Assembly (NCBI GenBank): GCA_951813565.1
Contig: OX638351.1
Coordinates: 1,216,001 to 1,280,000 of the forward strand
Source: an uncultured Poribacteria bacterium
Lineage (GTDB): Bacteria; Poribacteria; WGA-4E; WGA-3G
DNA length: 64,000 bases
Direction of reading: 5' to 3'
In this document: positions 20,852-32,339 of the stretch, in pieces
Layout of the letters: each line of letters starts with the position of its first letter
Position numbering within the stretch: the stretch's first letter is position 1
Made by a program: the position numbers and the translations under genes
Notes under the pieces: model-generated
What the model saw: the letters and a program-made list of their open reading frames with translations, nothing else
Databases searched by the model: none
Told to the model about the DNA's origin: nothing

Positions 20852-23800
20852 TTATTGATCGGCATTACGTTTTTCAACGAGGTAATACAACGCCGGTAAA
20901 ACAAGGAGCGTTAAAAAGGTTGCGGTGATCATGCCACCACTGATAACAATTGCAAGTGGTTTCTGAAGTTCCGCACCTGAGCCGTGTGCAAGCGCCAGGG
21001 GTAGCATCCCTAACCCTGTTGTCAAAGCTGTCATTAGGACAGGGCTAATCCGTTCCGATGCACCCTTCATCACAGCATCGTATAGCGGCATGCCTTCCTT
21101 ACGCAGCGCATTAATGTGAGAGACCAAAATGATACCGTTACGCACGGCAATACCGAACAACAGAATGAAACCTACCATAGACGGAATACTCAACACGCCG
21201 CCAGTGAGGAAAACACTGACAACGCCGCCGATTAACGCCAGTGGTAGATTCAGTATGACTAATATTGAAAGCCGCATTGACCCCATCGCAAGATAAAGCA
21301 AAATAAAGATACCAATAAAAACAAAACCAGTTTGAATTAGAATACGTCTTTGTGCGCGCTGTTGACTTTCAAACTGCCCTCCATAAGTGAGGAAATATTC
21401 TTCAGGTACATCAACATGCGCCTCAATTTCTTTTTGAACTTCAGCAATAAAATTGCCGAGGTCTCTGTTCTGGACGTTGCATTGAATCACGATACGTCGA
21501 GAGACGTTCTCGCGATTGATAGTATTCGGTCCAAAGCCGAAACTCACGTCAGCAACTTGTTTCAACGGAATAAATGCGCCTGCAGGTGTTCGGAGTTTTA
21601 GATTACCGAATGACTCAACGGTTTTGACAAGGGTTGGATCAATTCGGATCACGAGATCGTACTGCCGCTGTCCTTGTATAATTTGGCTGACTGTTTCACC
21701 CTTGAAAGCTGCTTCTGCAAAGTGCGTTATGTCTTGAACGCTTAAGCCGTACCGTGCTGCTTCAAAACGCTTAACTTTGATTTGGAGTTGTTCAACCTGC
21801 ACCTGTTGCTCAACTTGTAGGTCGGCAACGCCATCAATTCCAGACATGACTGCTTCAATTTCTTCCGCTTTCTGCCTTAGTATGTCAAGATCGGGTCCGA
21901 AAAGTTTTAATGCCACTTGTGCGCTAACACCCGACAAGAGATGGTCAAGACGGTGTTGAATCGGTTGACCAACGGATACTTGAACGCCCGGAAAGTTTTC
22001 TGTGGAAAGCAGCTCTCGCACTTCGGCAAGGAGGTCCTCCCGTGTTTCCTCACGTTCATCTGGCGGCATGAAATTCAGCACGATTTCATGCGTATTCACA
22101 TCGTGTGCGTGTTCATCCGCTTCGGCACGCCCTGTCCGACTGCTGACGCTTGTCACCTCTGGAATTTCCAACAACCTTGTTTCCATCTCACGACCAATAC
22201 GTGTAGATTCATTTAGTGAGGTTCCAGGTGGTGAAAACACGCTGATTGTGAACGTAGCTTCGTCCATTACAGGCAAAAATTCTCTGCCTAATCGCGGAAT
22301 TGCTGCAAAAGTCAATATCACTAATAAAAGTGCAACTGCTACAACAAGCCAACGCAAACGCATGACCAATGAGAGAATAGGACGGTAAGCCCGTTTGATC
22401 CACATGACAACAGGCTGAAGCGTCAAAGCATCATCAACATCCGAATCGGGTGCTAATGTGACAACAAAAAGCCTCCATCGTATCACAAGGTTGCGGAAAC
22501 CGTTGTATATGCTTTTAATCCCTGTAAACACACCCCGTTTTCTTGAGGGATCAACGCCTGCGGTAGGTTCATGCAACGGTATATCCCTGACACGTCCCAA
22601 AAGTAAGTCACTTAAGACTGGTACCACTGTTAAAGCGACGAGTAGTGATGCCGCCATAGAAATTACAACAGCCCAACCGAGCGGACGGAACATTCTACCC
22701 TCAATACCGCTGAGACTGAACAGCGGTAAAAACACGAGAATGATAATTAAGGTCGCAAAAACGATAGATACCCGCATCTCATCGCTTGCGCGTGTCACAA
22801 CTTGTGTCGGTGTTTCGTCAGTTTCATTTCCTAATTCACGCAGATGAAAATATTCCTGCAATCGCCGAAAGATGTTTTCTACGTATACAATCGCATCGTC
22901 AACCACCATTCCGACTGCAATTGCTAATCCAGCAAGCGTCATGATGTTGAGCGTGCCGCCCTGCCAAAGCAGTACAATAATTGCGATTATTAAAGATAAT
23001 GGAATGGCAGTCAGTGTAATAAGCGCGGTGCGAACATTGAAGAGAAAGATGATTAGGACGATGACGACGAGAATTGCACCATCCCGCAATGCATCTTTGA
23101 CAGTATCCACAGCACGGCGAATGAGGTCTGCTTGTGCGTATTCAACTTCAACCTTTACATTTTCTGGTAGCGACTTCTCTAAAGATTCAAGTTCTGATTT
23201 CACTTTATCACTAAGGATAAGCGTATTGATACCGGGTTGTTTGATGACCTTACCTAAAACGGTTTCTTCGCCATTGCGGCTTCCTGCACCCCGACGAATT
23301 TCAGGAAGAGACCCAATTTTAACTGTCGCGATGTCCTTGACAAGGACAGGCGTATTATGTTCCCGGACATCAATCACAACATTTTCAATGTCGGCAACTG
23401 TAGAAATCCGTCCTAACCCTCTAATCATCAATTCACGTGCGTCCTTGATGAGAAATCCGCCTGAGGCATTATCGTTGCTCTTTTCGAGCGCATGTGCAAC
23501 ATCTTCAAGTGAAATGCCGTAGCTTACCAACCGTTCAGGATTGACGAAAACCTGAAATTGCTTGATATAACCTCCAATGTTTATCACATTTGCAATCCCG
23601 CCTTGTGATTGGAGGCGAAACCTTATTACCCAATCTGCTATGTCGCGCATCTCCATCGGGTCAAGTTTTTCTTTTGATTCCGATTCATCAACAAGCGCGT
23701 ATTCCATTATCTCTCCCAAGAGAGAGGAAGTGGGTAAAATAATTGGCGCATCAACGCCTTCGGGTAAATTCGGTGCAACAAGTTGCAGACGTTCAGAAAC

Positions 23801-24127
23801 CATCTGTCGCGCCAGAAAAATATCCATCCCCCATTCAAATTCAACGAAAACAAGCGACAAACCGATTGCTGACGATGAGCGAACCAATGTAACATCAGGC
23901 GCACCGTTCATTGAACTTTCAATCGGCAGTGTCACAAGAGTCTCCATCTCCTCGGGGGACCAGCCGTGCGCTTCAGTTAGGACAGTGATGCGAGGTGGAT
24001 TGATATCGGGGTAAACGTCAATCGGTGCCGTTTGGAACATCCTGAAGCCGATAATGATTGCTGCGATAAGTCCACAAATAACAAGGAGTCTGTTTCGCAG
24101 TGAAGCTTCGGTGATTTTTGACCACAT
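20852..24127 (-). CDS. czcA: Heavy-metal efflux RND permease (CzcA/CusA family)
   Basis: GMVVDDAIVYVEN, AVRNGI, RISPVLMTA motifs; 1091 aa. Confidence 0.92.
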   Translation of the reverse strand: MWSKITEASLRNRLLVICGLIAAIIIGFRMFQTAPIDVYPDINPPRITVLTEAHGWSPEEMETLVTLPIESSMNGAPDVTLVRSSSAIGLSLVFVEFEWGMDIFLARQMVSERLQLVAPNLPEGVDAPIILPTSSLLGEIMEYALVDESESKEKLDPMEMRDIADWVIRFRLQSQGGIANVINIGGYIKQFQVFVNPERLVSYGISLEDVAHALEKSNDNASGGFLIKDARELMIRGLGRISTVADIENVVIDVREHNTPVLVKDIATVKIGSLPEIRRGAGSRNGEETVLGKVIKQPGINTLILSDKVKSELESLEKSLPENVKVEVEYAQADLIRRAVDTVKDALRDGAILVVIVLIIFLFNVRTALITLTAIPLSLIIAIIVLLWQGGTLNIMTLAGLAIAVGMVVDDAIVYVENIFRRLQEYFHLRELGNETDETPTQVVTRASDEMRVSIVFATLIIILVFLPLFSLSGIEGRMFRPLGWAVVISMAASLLVALTVVPVLSDLLLGRVRDIPLHEPTAGVDPSRKRGVFTGIKSIYNGFRNLVIRWRLFVVTLAPDSDVDDALTLQPVVMWIKRAYRPILSLVMRLRWLVVAVALLLVILTFAAIPRLGREFLPVMDEATFTISVFSPPGTSLNESTRIGREMETRLLEIPEVTSVSSRTGRAEADEHAHDVNTHEIVLNFMPPDEREETREDLLAEVRELLSTENFPGVQVSVGQPIQHRLDHLLSGVSAQVALKLFGPDLDILRQKAEEIEAVMSGIDGVADLQVEQQVQVEQLQIKVKRFEAARYGLSVQDITHFAEAAFKGETVSQIIQGQRQYDLVIRIDPTLVKTVESFGNLKLRTPAGAFIPLKQVADVSFGFGPNTINRENVSRRIVIQCNVQNRDLGNFIAEVQKEIEAHVDVPEEYFLTYGGQFESQQRAQRRILIQTGFVFIGIFILLYLAMGSMRLSILVILNLPLALIGGVVSVFLTGGVLSIPSMVGFILLFGIAVRNGIILVSHINALRKEGMPLYDAVMKGASERISPVLMTALTTGLGMLPLALAHGSGAELQKPLAIVISGGMITATFLTLLVLPALYYLVEKRNADQ

Positions 24128-24151
24128 TGATTTTCCTCCTTGGAACCGTGA

Positions 24152-26086
24152 TTAATGTGAATGTCCAGCATGTGGGTCAACAACTGCTGCGGAACCTGCT
24201 GAAGCGCTCATGAGTTGATGCGTTCCCTGGACAACAACAAATTCACCCGGAAGTAAGCCATCTCTGATTTCAATATACTGGTCATCCTTTACACCTACTT
24301 CAACTTCATGCTTAACGTAAGTGTTTCCCGACTGAACAAAGACAATCTGCGTTGCACTATCTTGTAGGACAGCACTCAACGGCACACTTAAGACGTCATC
24401 CAATTTTTCAATAACAAGCGTTTGTTCCGCAAACATGCCAGGTTTTAATTGATGTTTAGCATTGTCAACCTCAGTCCAAAAGTGGACTGTCCGTTTCTCT
24501 GAATCCACGACTGCCGATATTTGAGAAATCTTTCCCATAAATACTGTTTTAGGATAAGCAGGGACACGAATTCGCACCTCACTGCCTACCTGCCACTTAT
24601 CCTCTAAAAGAGCAAGCGTATCTTCATAAGCCTCACCTTCAACCCAAACAACGCTAGTGTCGAGTATTGCGTATAGGGAATCGCTTTTGTCAACGGTTGC
24701 ACCGAGCGTTACATCTTGCTTAATGATCTGTCCTGTGGCTGGTGCTGTGACATAGAAGCGGGAGTGAGGTTTTCCTATTTCTATAACCTTATCTATCTTG
24801 CCCGAAGTCATACCGAACACTTCAAGTTTCTGGCGGGCCTTTGCTAACACAATAGCAGCACTACGTTGCGCTTCTTCTGCCTGCAGCAATGCCTCTAACG
24901 CTTCTGAACTTGTCATAAAAGGTGAATATTTTTCAATAAGTTCATCGGTGTGTAAATCATTGAAAGATATAACCGAAGTGGTTTTTGTAAGTGTTTCCAG
25001 ATGTGTTTCGGTCAAACCTACAGCTAATGCACGGAGTTTGTTCGCTTCAACCTTAATAACAGCAGATTTATACGCTGTTCCTGCATCTACCAAACCCGTT
25101 GCTTCCTCTATTAGCGTCACGTATTTCAACGCATCAACATTATCAGTCGTTTGCGTTAATTTTGATTGTGCTTTGCTATTAGTCTTCAGAAGCGTGAGTA
25201 TAGGTGTTGTTCCATCATCGTCAAGAATCTTTTGGAGCGTCTTTTTACTGACACCGAGGAGTTGAAATTGTCGTTTTGCACCTGCCAATGCGTTAGTTGC
25301 TTTCGTGTATTCTGCCTTTTGCGCAATAAGTTCCTTCTGTGCAGAGATACGTTTTTCGGTTAGCATTTCAATACGTTCAAGCGTATTCTTAATTAATTTG
25401 CTTTCAACATCAGCTTTGATAAGGTCAACGCGCATCTGCTCTAAAGTGGAAATGGTTTTAGCGATGGCTATAGACCTATGTTTCTCATAAGCGGTTTTCT
25501 GTTCTTGCAGTTCAGCAAGAGATTCCAAATAGTCAATTTGTCGCGTTTGTAATTCCAGTCGTATCTGCTTAGCAAAAACCGATTTCTGTTTTGCTAATTT
25601 GGCATCTAACGATTTCTGTTGATGCACTGCTTCAATCAGATCAATCTCAGCCAATTGCAAATCTACACTCTCCAATTCGAGTAGCACATCACCTTTTTTC
25701 ACCGAGGCACCAAGGTTGGAATGGATACGTTTTACGATACCACCAATCCTTGGCGTAACAATTGCATGCTTTCCAGGGTGGGCAATGACGTTGCCTGTAA
25801 CTTGTACAACCCTTTCAATAGCGCGAATATCTACCTCTGCAGTTTCCAAACCGATGTTGGCTTTTGCTTTATCGGTGAGAGTAACCGTGTTTTCTGCGTC
25901 GTGTGCATGTCCTCCGTCTTCAGCCTGGATGTGCGGATCGTCTTCTTTGTGTTGACCTTTTTCATTTTTTATCTCTTCTTCAGCTGCCCAAGTTAATGTG
26001 AGGTCAGGGTTTGATGAAAACAAACCACTTATCGTAACAACAGAGATTCCCAACAATAATAGCGTAAGATGAAAATAGCGTGGCAT
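24152..26086 (-). CDS. czcB: RND periplasmic adaptor (CzcB/CusB-like), extended
   Basis: His-rich ends, lipoyl halves, LKPGMF, long helical insert. Confidence 0.85.
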   Translation of the reverse strand: MPRYFHLTLLLLGISVVTISGLFSSNPDLTLTWAAEEEIKNEKGQHKEDDPHIQAEDGGHAHDAENTVTLTDKAKANIGLETAEVDIRAIERVVQVTGNVIAHPGKHAIVTPRIGGIVKRIHSNLGASVKKGDVLLELESVDLQLAEIDLIEAVHQQKSLDAKLAKQKSVFAKQIRLELQTRQIDYLESLAELQEQKTAYEKHRSIAIAKTISTLEQMRVDLIKADVESKLIKNTLERIEMLTEKRISAQKELIAQKAEYTKATNALAGAKRQFQLLGVSKKTLQKILDDDGTTPILTLLKTNSKAQSKLTQTTDNVDALKYVTLIEEATGLVDAGTAYKSAVIKVEANKLRALAVGLTETHLETLTKTTSVISFNDLHTDELIEKYSPFMTSSEALEALLQAEEAQRSAAIVLAKARQKLEVFGMTSGKIDKVIEIGKPHSRFYVTAPATGQIIKQDVTLGATVDKSDSLYAILDTSVVWVEGEAYEDTLALLEDKWQVGSEVRIRVPAYPKTVFMGKISQISAVVDSEKRTVHFWTEVDNAKHQLKPGMFAEQTLVIEKLDDVLSVPLSAVLQDSATQIVFVQSGNTYVKHEVEVGVKDDQYIEIRDGLLPGEFVVVQGTHQLMSASAGSAAVVDPHAGHSH

Positions 26087-26143
26087 TTTTATGTCTCCTT
26101 AAAGGTAGTAGGCACGTTGCGTGCATGGTAACTGACTATCGTA

Positions 26144-27409
26144 CTATTCAATAACCAATCCGATGGAAGTGCCGATAGCGGCTTCAAGTTCTGCGAATGC
26201 TTTGTGATACGCCGCAAGCGCGTCAAGATAAGCAAATCGTGTTTTGACAAATTCGCTCTGTATTAAAATCACTTCTAAAAGCTCTGCCTCCCCCAATTCG
26301 TAGGCAGAACGCGTGAGCGTTAGGTTTTCATTGAGCAACTTCAGCAAATTGTCATCATAAAATTTAAGGTTTTTTTGTGCAGCATTCAGCGAAACAAATG
26401 CTGTTATTACTTCACGGATAATTTGCCTCTCAGAATTGGTAATTTCAATTGTATCAACCTGCTTTTGCGCCTTTGCAGCATTGATCTCAGCACGATTCCA
26501 GTCGAACAGTGGCAAAGGTATTGAAAACTTCACCCCGAATCCTGTTGAACCTAAACTCCGTTCTGCAATGCCGCCGATGCTCAGGTCAGGGATGTTTGCC
26601 GCTTTTGCAAGCCGATGTGTGCTTTCGGTCTGTTTGACGTTTAATCTTAGCGACTTCAGGTCAGCACGATGGACAAGCGCGTGCAACTTCAATGCATCAA
26701 GGTCCAAATCTTTAGACATTTCTTTCGGCAACTCTCCGATTGCGGTCAGAGCTGCGTCAAGCGAAGTTCCCATCAAACCGTTCAATTCAAGCCGCGCCAA
26801 CTGCAAATCACTTTCTAACGTAGCAGACTCACGCAGTGCTGATTGCAACTGGATATTTGCCAAACCGACCTGTGTAACAGAAATATCGCCTGCTTCAAAC
26901 TGAACGCGTGCCATGTCGAGTATCTGTTGATTGTGTTTGATGATCTCTTTTGTTAACTTAAGTTTTTCTTGTACAAGAACAAGTTGATAAAAAGCATGTT
27001 TGACAGATTTGGTAAGTTTCTGAGATTCTTCAGTGAGTATAAGGTTAACTTTTTCAAGATTTATTTTCGCTATCTGTTTTCGATGGCTGCGTTGTCCGCC
27101 GAGTTCAAAAGTTTTAGTTAATTCAAAAATCTGCTCTGCATCAGAACCACCGATAAGTTCTGATTCCAATTCCGGATTACTGAACAGCGCAATACCATCA
27201 AGTTGGACTTGTGCAACCTTAACTTTTTCGCGGATCGCTTTAAGTGCTGGATTTTCACTCAACGCAGTCTCGATTGCAGACTCAAGATTAACTTCTTCAA
27301 TTTGAATAGCGTAAGCAGATTGCAGCAAAATATTGAAGGTTAAGAAACACATTCCTATCATTGCAATGATAATGCTTGGTTTTAATTTCATGAGTATTAA
27401 ACTCCTCAT
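26144..27409 (-). CDS. czcC: TolC-family outer membrane factor (CzcC-like)
   Basis: NPEL..FELGG, SIPLPLFDWN, YELGE motifs. Confidence 0.88.
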   Translation of the reverse strand: MRSLILMKLKPSIIIAMIGMCFLTFNILLQSAYAIQIEEVNLESAIETALSENPALKAIREKVKVAQVQLDGIALFSNPELESELIGGSDAEQIFELTKTFELGGQRSHRKQIAKINLEKVNLILTEESQKLTKSVKHAFYQLVLVQEKLKLTKEIIKHNQQILDMARVQFEAGDISVTQVGLANIQLQSALRESATLESDLQLARLELNGLMGTSLDAALTAIGELPKEMSKDLDLDALKLHALVHRADLKSLRLNVKQTESTHRLAKAANIPDLSIGGIAERSLGSTGFGVKFSIPLPLFDWNRAEINAAKAQKQVDTIEITNSERQIIREVITAFVSLNAAQKNLKFYDDNLLKLLNENLTLTRSAYELGEAELLEVILIQSEFVKTRFAYLDALAAYHKAFAELEAAIGTSIGLVIE

Positions 27410-27755
27410 AAGTTAGACTGTAAAAGATCGTATTTAGCAGTCGACAATCGCTTAATCAATGGAATCAATTGAACTACGTTCGCGAAACCTTGTAACAAAG
27501 GTTACACGACAGCAGTCCAGATGACATTGATTTAGAACAATTCAACGTCACCTGCAATAAGAATAATCTATAGAGGATCAGGACAAGATGAATTTTATAG
27601 TGAAACCCATAATTATTTGGACATTTTGTTCTTATGTGGATTTTAAACACGCCATAAATGTCCGAGGCGCAATGAATTGCGCGACTACAAACGCCGCTAA
27701 TCTTAAGAAAATGTCCAGGTATTTTTAGATTTTACTATAAATAGCGCGGGAAGGA

Positions 27756-28199
27756 TTAAATGAGGAGCGTAACAGTACGAAGTGAAATGAGCGTAGGATT
27801 AATTAATGGTGGGATGACTGAAAATAGAGTAGATGTTGGAATGGAATAATTTGATATTTCCTGTGAAATCGGTAAGGTTGCTGAGACTGTATCTTGTATT
27901 GGCAAATTTTCTTGGACGGAAACAATGTATAACTCACTGTTTAGAGAAGCGAAAATGGGAAAATCAACACATTCGCCACAGTGGTCTTCATTTTTCGCAG
28001 CAGCTTCCTCTGGGTGATCCAAATCGTAAGCAGGCACGTCTGTACAACACCCATTCGCCGCAAATTCAAATTCTATGTGTCCATCTTCGCCAATACAGAG
28101 GACGTAGTTAGACAGCTGCATTGGGATTATTGCAGAATAAATGAATAACCAAATTAGAGGAATAAGGGTGCAATTTTTTTGAGAAAAAAGAGTAACCAT
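27756..28199 (-). CDS. Small Cys/His-rich protein preceding the czc operon
   Basis: LCIGEDGH...CC...HCGECVD; C-terminal LRTVTLLI; TTGACA..TATACT promoter at 28308-28279. Confidence 0.65.
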   Translation of the reverse strand: MVTLFSQKNCTLIPLIWLFIYSAIIPMQLSNYVLCIGEDGHIEFEFAANGCCTDVPAYDLDHPEEAAAKNEDHCGECVDFPIFASLNSELYIVSVQENLPIQDTVSATLPISQEISNYSIPTSTLFSVIPPLINPTLISLRTVTLLI

Positions 28200-28653
28200 T
28201 TTGTTGTATCCCTCAAATTTATGGGACTCTAATCCAAGTAGCCTTACAGAACATAAACAAATTCAATACTGTTTATGAAGTATACACAATTTTCTACAAG
28301 AATGTCAAGAAGAAAACGTAGAAGTAATAGTTGAGTGTGATACTTAAAACAATCCAATGTTTTGAAAATTAGATGAAGTGTTCAAATTATAGACAATAAT
28401 GTTCATTTTGTAACTATATTTTTCACTGTTGCAGCAATGACTCGCTATGGTTTACGCTGCAGCAGTTGACTACAATTGGCATCGTATTTGCTATTATCTA
28501 TTGTAAGATGATTGATAACCTAATCGCTGTCCTCTCTATTTGCAAACAAAATACCTTGAAAATTACATTGAAAAATGCTAAAATTGAAACGATACTTCAT
28601 ATTACCGTAAAAGTTTTTAGCCAAATTCTATATAAGGAAAAAGAGGATATACA

Positions 28654-29617
28654 AGTGAGAAAAAAAATGATGTGGACAACATTGCTGTTTCTGATGTGTG
28701 TCGCTGCTGGGCATGGTCAGTATAACGGGGAATGTTGGGTTGTTAGTGGTGGCGATACTGTTTACAAATTACATGCAAATGGCGCAGCAGATCCGTCTGC
28801 TATCCAAGGTTTAACAAATGCAAGTGCTGTGCAGGTCAATCCGGTTAATGGGATAGTTTGGATTGCGGTTTCAGCTGGGAATGCGGTTTTCAGATACGAT
28901 TCAGCAACAGGCGCATTTGATCAAACACCTGAGATTAAAGCACCTACAGGTATATCTGTTAACCCTGCTGACGGAACCGTTTGGGTTGCTGGACTCGACG
29001 GCGTCCGAAAGATTTCTGCTGATGGAAAAGATATTCTTGCTCAAGTAATTCCGCCCGATGGGCCCGCGAATTTAGACAGTGGTAGGTTCAGCGTGGCTGT
29101 AAATCCAAAGGATGGCAGCTGCTGGATTACTGATGGAAAAGGCCCTATTGGGCGTTACGATTCAAATGGAAATCTGCTTGCAAGTGCGCCACCGATGGAC
29201 GAACCCAAAGGTGGTTTGTCGGTAGACTATCAAGGAAATGTGTGGATAGCTGACACGCAGCATAATAGGGTTGTTCGCCTTTCACCCAATGGCGAAGTGT
29301 TAGTAGATTTAACCGACATTCCCACTCCTGTTTCACCCAGTGTTAATCCAAAAGACGGAAGTGTATGGCTTGCCGGAAATAATAATATGTTGATCAATCT
29401 ATCATCAACAGGTACAAAACTCAAAGAATTTGAAGTTGGCTTGGCAATTGTTGCGGTAACCTTCTCACCCGCAGACAGCGGTATTTGGATTGCTGACATG
29501 TTGGGTGAGACATTCCAAGGTCAAGTCAGCAAATGGGCAGCAGATGGCGTCAGGAGTTTTGCAAACGCTATTCCGCAGCCCTCTACCGTTTCAATTGGAT
29601 TTTGGGAAGGAAATTGA
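28654..29617 (+). CDS. Exported NHL/Vgb-like beta-propeller protein
   Basis: Repeats VNPxDGxxW; start likely GTG 28654 or a nearby ATG. Confidence 0.75.
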
Positions 29618-29707
29618 TTACGCATTGAAGGATGTTTAGAAGTGGTATAAATCGGCTTAAAAAGCCTGTCCACAAGAGTGCTTGTTGATATTATTGGGAG
29701 GTGTGTT

Positions 29708-32104
29708 ATGAAAAAATTAATCGCTGTTGCAATCGGAATATTTTTTGTTGCGGCCATTCTTGGCAATGCGGACGCACAACTTCCAGATTTTCAGATTGAT
29801 ACTAAAAGTATTATCTTTTCTAATCCTAACCCCGTTGAAGGTGAAGAGATTACAATATCGGTTGAAGTGAAAAACATTGGAGATGGAACCCCAACGATGA
29901 ACGAAGATTTAGTAGTTGAACTTTATGAGGGTGATCCAGCGACCGATCCGCTCCAAATCTTATGCAATGATGTTATTTTAGACCTAAAAGCTGGAACAAC
30001 TGGTCGTGTGACTACTCCATGGCAACCATCTTCTGGCAAAACTGAGATCTATGCTGTCGTCAACCCCACAGGTGATAAGCATATTAAAGAATTCAACAGT
30101 GCAAACAATATGGCACATGCTACTATAGTCGCCACTTCAAGGACATTCCCCCCAGTAACGCCTGAACAAATCCAAGCTTCAATAGATGGGGGTGTTGCGT
30201 GGATAGAAACACAACAAGGGAAGAGTAGTCGTATCTGTTTGCAGTGCGGCATTGAAAACCAGATGATTTTAACTTGTGTTATCTGTGGCGCGAGTCTGAA
30301 AGGTTTAGCAGAAAATTTCATTCCGGGTTCGGTCTGGAATTTTGGCGAGGACCCGATACAGGAAACATCATTGGCATTGCAGGCATTGCTTGCTGCAGGA
30401 CGTACACCGTCTGACTTATCTGTACAGAAAGGTCTTACATTCCTTCTGGAACAGGATTGGAATAACCTTGATGTGTACCAATATGCTGTACTTATTCCAG
30501 TATTAGTCGCAATACAGAACCCGAATTATCGGGACCGTGCACAATTCGCAGTAAACCAGCTCGTTAAAAAGCAACTCCCTGTCCCCGGTGATGAGTTTGA
30601 TGATCCAAGAGATGATGGCGGTTGGGGCTACGGTTACTCAGCAGACGGTGCACACATGAACATGGTTATTTATGCGCTATATGCTGCAAAACATTGGGGA
30701 CTTGAGATTCCACAGGATACATGGACACGTGCCGAAGACTGGATTCGGAGAAACCAAACCGAAACGGGTGGGTGGCTCTATAATTTAGTTGAAGGAGGGT
30801 CACTTTGGGGAATAGGTGTCTACGGTAGCATGACGGCTACAGGTTTGTGGGCACTTCGTGCCTGTGGTGTTTCTATTGATGATCCCCAGGTGCGAAAGGG
30901 TATTGACTGGATAGGAGAGTATTGGTCACTTACCCGAAATCCGGGTTCAAATTCTTGGCTCTACTACTATCTTCTTTCCCTACAGCGCTTTAGCGACATC
31001 CCGCCAAAGGTAGAAACGTTAGCGGGTCATGACTGGTACGATGAAATTGGGAACATGATGGTCACAGAACAAAAATCGGACGGTAGGTGGCAAAGTCCTG
31101 GAACGTCAACTGATTTTATGTCAACCTGCTTTTCCGTAATGTTTTTGAGCCGTGCACTTGTTGGTCCAACAGCACCAAATATTGGCGTAGTACCCCAAAG
31201 TTTGCGTTTTTCACCGCCATCGCCTCGTGTTGGGGAAGCAGTTAAGCTCAGTGCCACGCTTAGAAATAGCGGTACTCCACTTGATAAAACGCTGAATGTC
31301 AAGTTTTATGCTGACAACACAGAGATACAAACAGCAGAGGTTTTCTGGACATCCTCCCTCAATGAGTCCGTTGTTTCAGTTGACTGGGTGCCTAAAGAAG
31401 AAGGGGAAACGGAGATCTCTGTCCGCGTGGATTTTGAAGATTCAGATGAAAGTGACAATACGGAATCTGTAATGCTCGAAATCTATCCAAAATCCACTGC
31501 TGCTACGGATGTAAAACTAACAGATATCAAGAAGATATCTGAAAATGTTTATCAGTTGGGTACTGTTGTTGTTGATACGAAGAAAAAGGAAGTGACTTTT
31601 CCTGGAGAAATTAACATCGCAAGTGATGACACTGTAATTGAATTCTTAGCTTGTGGCACACGCGGTAAATCGCATGAGAGCATCCTAATTCTTGATGCAG
31701 AGCCGATTTATGTTTATACAGCACTCGGTATGTTAGACCTTAAACCCGGCATGAATCTTGAAGTTCAAGGAGATCCACGGGAACCTAAAGGGGCACATGT
31801 TGAAATTTGGGTTGAATGGAAAAGGGAGGAAAATGTTGTTTCCCGTCCCGCACGCGAGTTGGTGTGGGATGTTATAACTGGGCAACCGATGCAAAAAACA
31901 CATTGGGTTTTCACTGGTGGAAGACTTATCAATGATCAACTTACCATACAGCTTTATCATAACCTCATTGCAGTCTATCGTGACCCGGATTCGCTTCTCA
32001 ATAACCCATTGCCCGGCGGCACTGATGATCGCACCTATCGTGTCAATACTGATGTAATTCCGCCAAAAGGCACAAAAGTCAAAGTTATTGTTCGTCCCAT
32101 ATAA
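29708..32104 (+). CDS. Exported multidomain protein: CARDB - Zn ribbon - prenyltransferase-like alpha/alpha barrel - CARDB - YdjY-like
   Basis: VKNIG/E..NN CARDB motifs, CxxC..CxxC, GGWGY/GGWLY repeats, IEFLAC..GKSHES. Confidence 0.7.
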   Translation: MKKLIAVAIGIFFVAAILGNADAQLPDFQIDTKSIIFSNPNPVEGEEITISVEVKNIGDGTPTMNEDLVVELYEGDPATDPLQILCNDVILDLKAGTTGRVTTPWQPSSGKTEIYAVVNPTGDKHIKEFNSANNMAHATIVATSRTFPPVTPEQIQASIDGGVAWIETQQGKSSRICLQCGIENQMILTCVICGASLKGLAENFIPGSVWNFGEDPIQETSLALQALLAAGRTPSDLSVQKGLTFLLEQDWNNLDVYQYAVLIPVLVAIQNPNYRDRAQFAVNQLVKKQLPVPGDEFDDPRDDGGWGYGYSADGAHMNMVIYALYAAKHWGLEIPQDTWTRAEDWIRRNQTETGGWLYNLVEGGSLWGIGVYGSMTATGLWALRACGVSIDDPQVRKGIDWIGEYWSLTRNPGSNSWLYYYLLSLQRFSDIPPKVETLAGHDWYDEIGNMMVTEQKSDGRWQSPGTSTDFMSTCFSVMFLSRALVGPTAPNIGVVPQSLRFSPPSPRVGEAVKLSATLRNSGTPLDKTLNVKFYADNTEIQTAEVFWTSSLNESVVSVDWVPKEEGETEISVRVDFEDSDESDNTESVMLEIYPKSTAATDVKLTDIKKISENVYQLGTVVVDTKKKEVTFPGEINIASDDTVIEFLACGTRGKSHESILILDAEPIYVYTALGMLDLKPGMNLEVQGDPREPKGAHVEIWVEWKREENVVSRPARELVWDVITGQPMQKTHWVFTGGRLINDQLTIQLYHNLIAVYRDPDSLLNNPLPGGTDDRTYRVNTDVIPPKGTKVKVIVRPI

Positions 32105-32156
32105 ATCTTCAGACACAAGTTTCTCCGAAAAAATTAAAACTTATGGAAGGAAAACA

Positions 32157-32339
32157 ATGCCTATTTTTGAATACGATTGCAACGCTTGTAAAACTAATTT
32201 CGAGGTGTTACAACGCACAAACGATACGAAGAAACCGCTGAAATGCCCAAACTGTGGCACACAAGATACAAAGAAACGTTTTTCGGCATTCGCAGCCCTG
32301 GGAACCGAAAAGGAAACTGTTAAAGATAGTGCAACCTGA
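32157..32339 (+). CDS. FmdB-family zinc-ribbon protein (may extend to 32354 via Sec)
   Basis: MPIFEYDCNAC...CPNCG. Confidence 0.85.
   Translation: MPIFEYDCNACKTNFEVLQRTNDTKKPLKCPNCGTQDTKKRFSAFAALGTEKETVKDSAT

Noticed and set aside
21350..27305. Numerous plus-strand ORFs opposite the czc operon
   Set aside because: Antisense shadows of long conserved genes.
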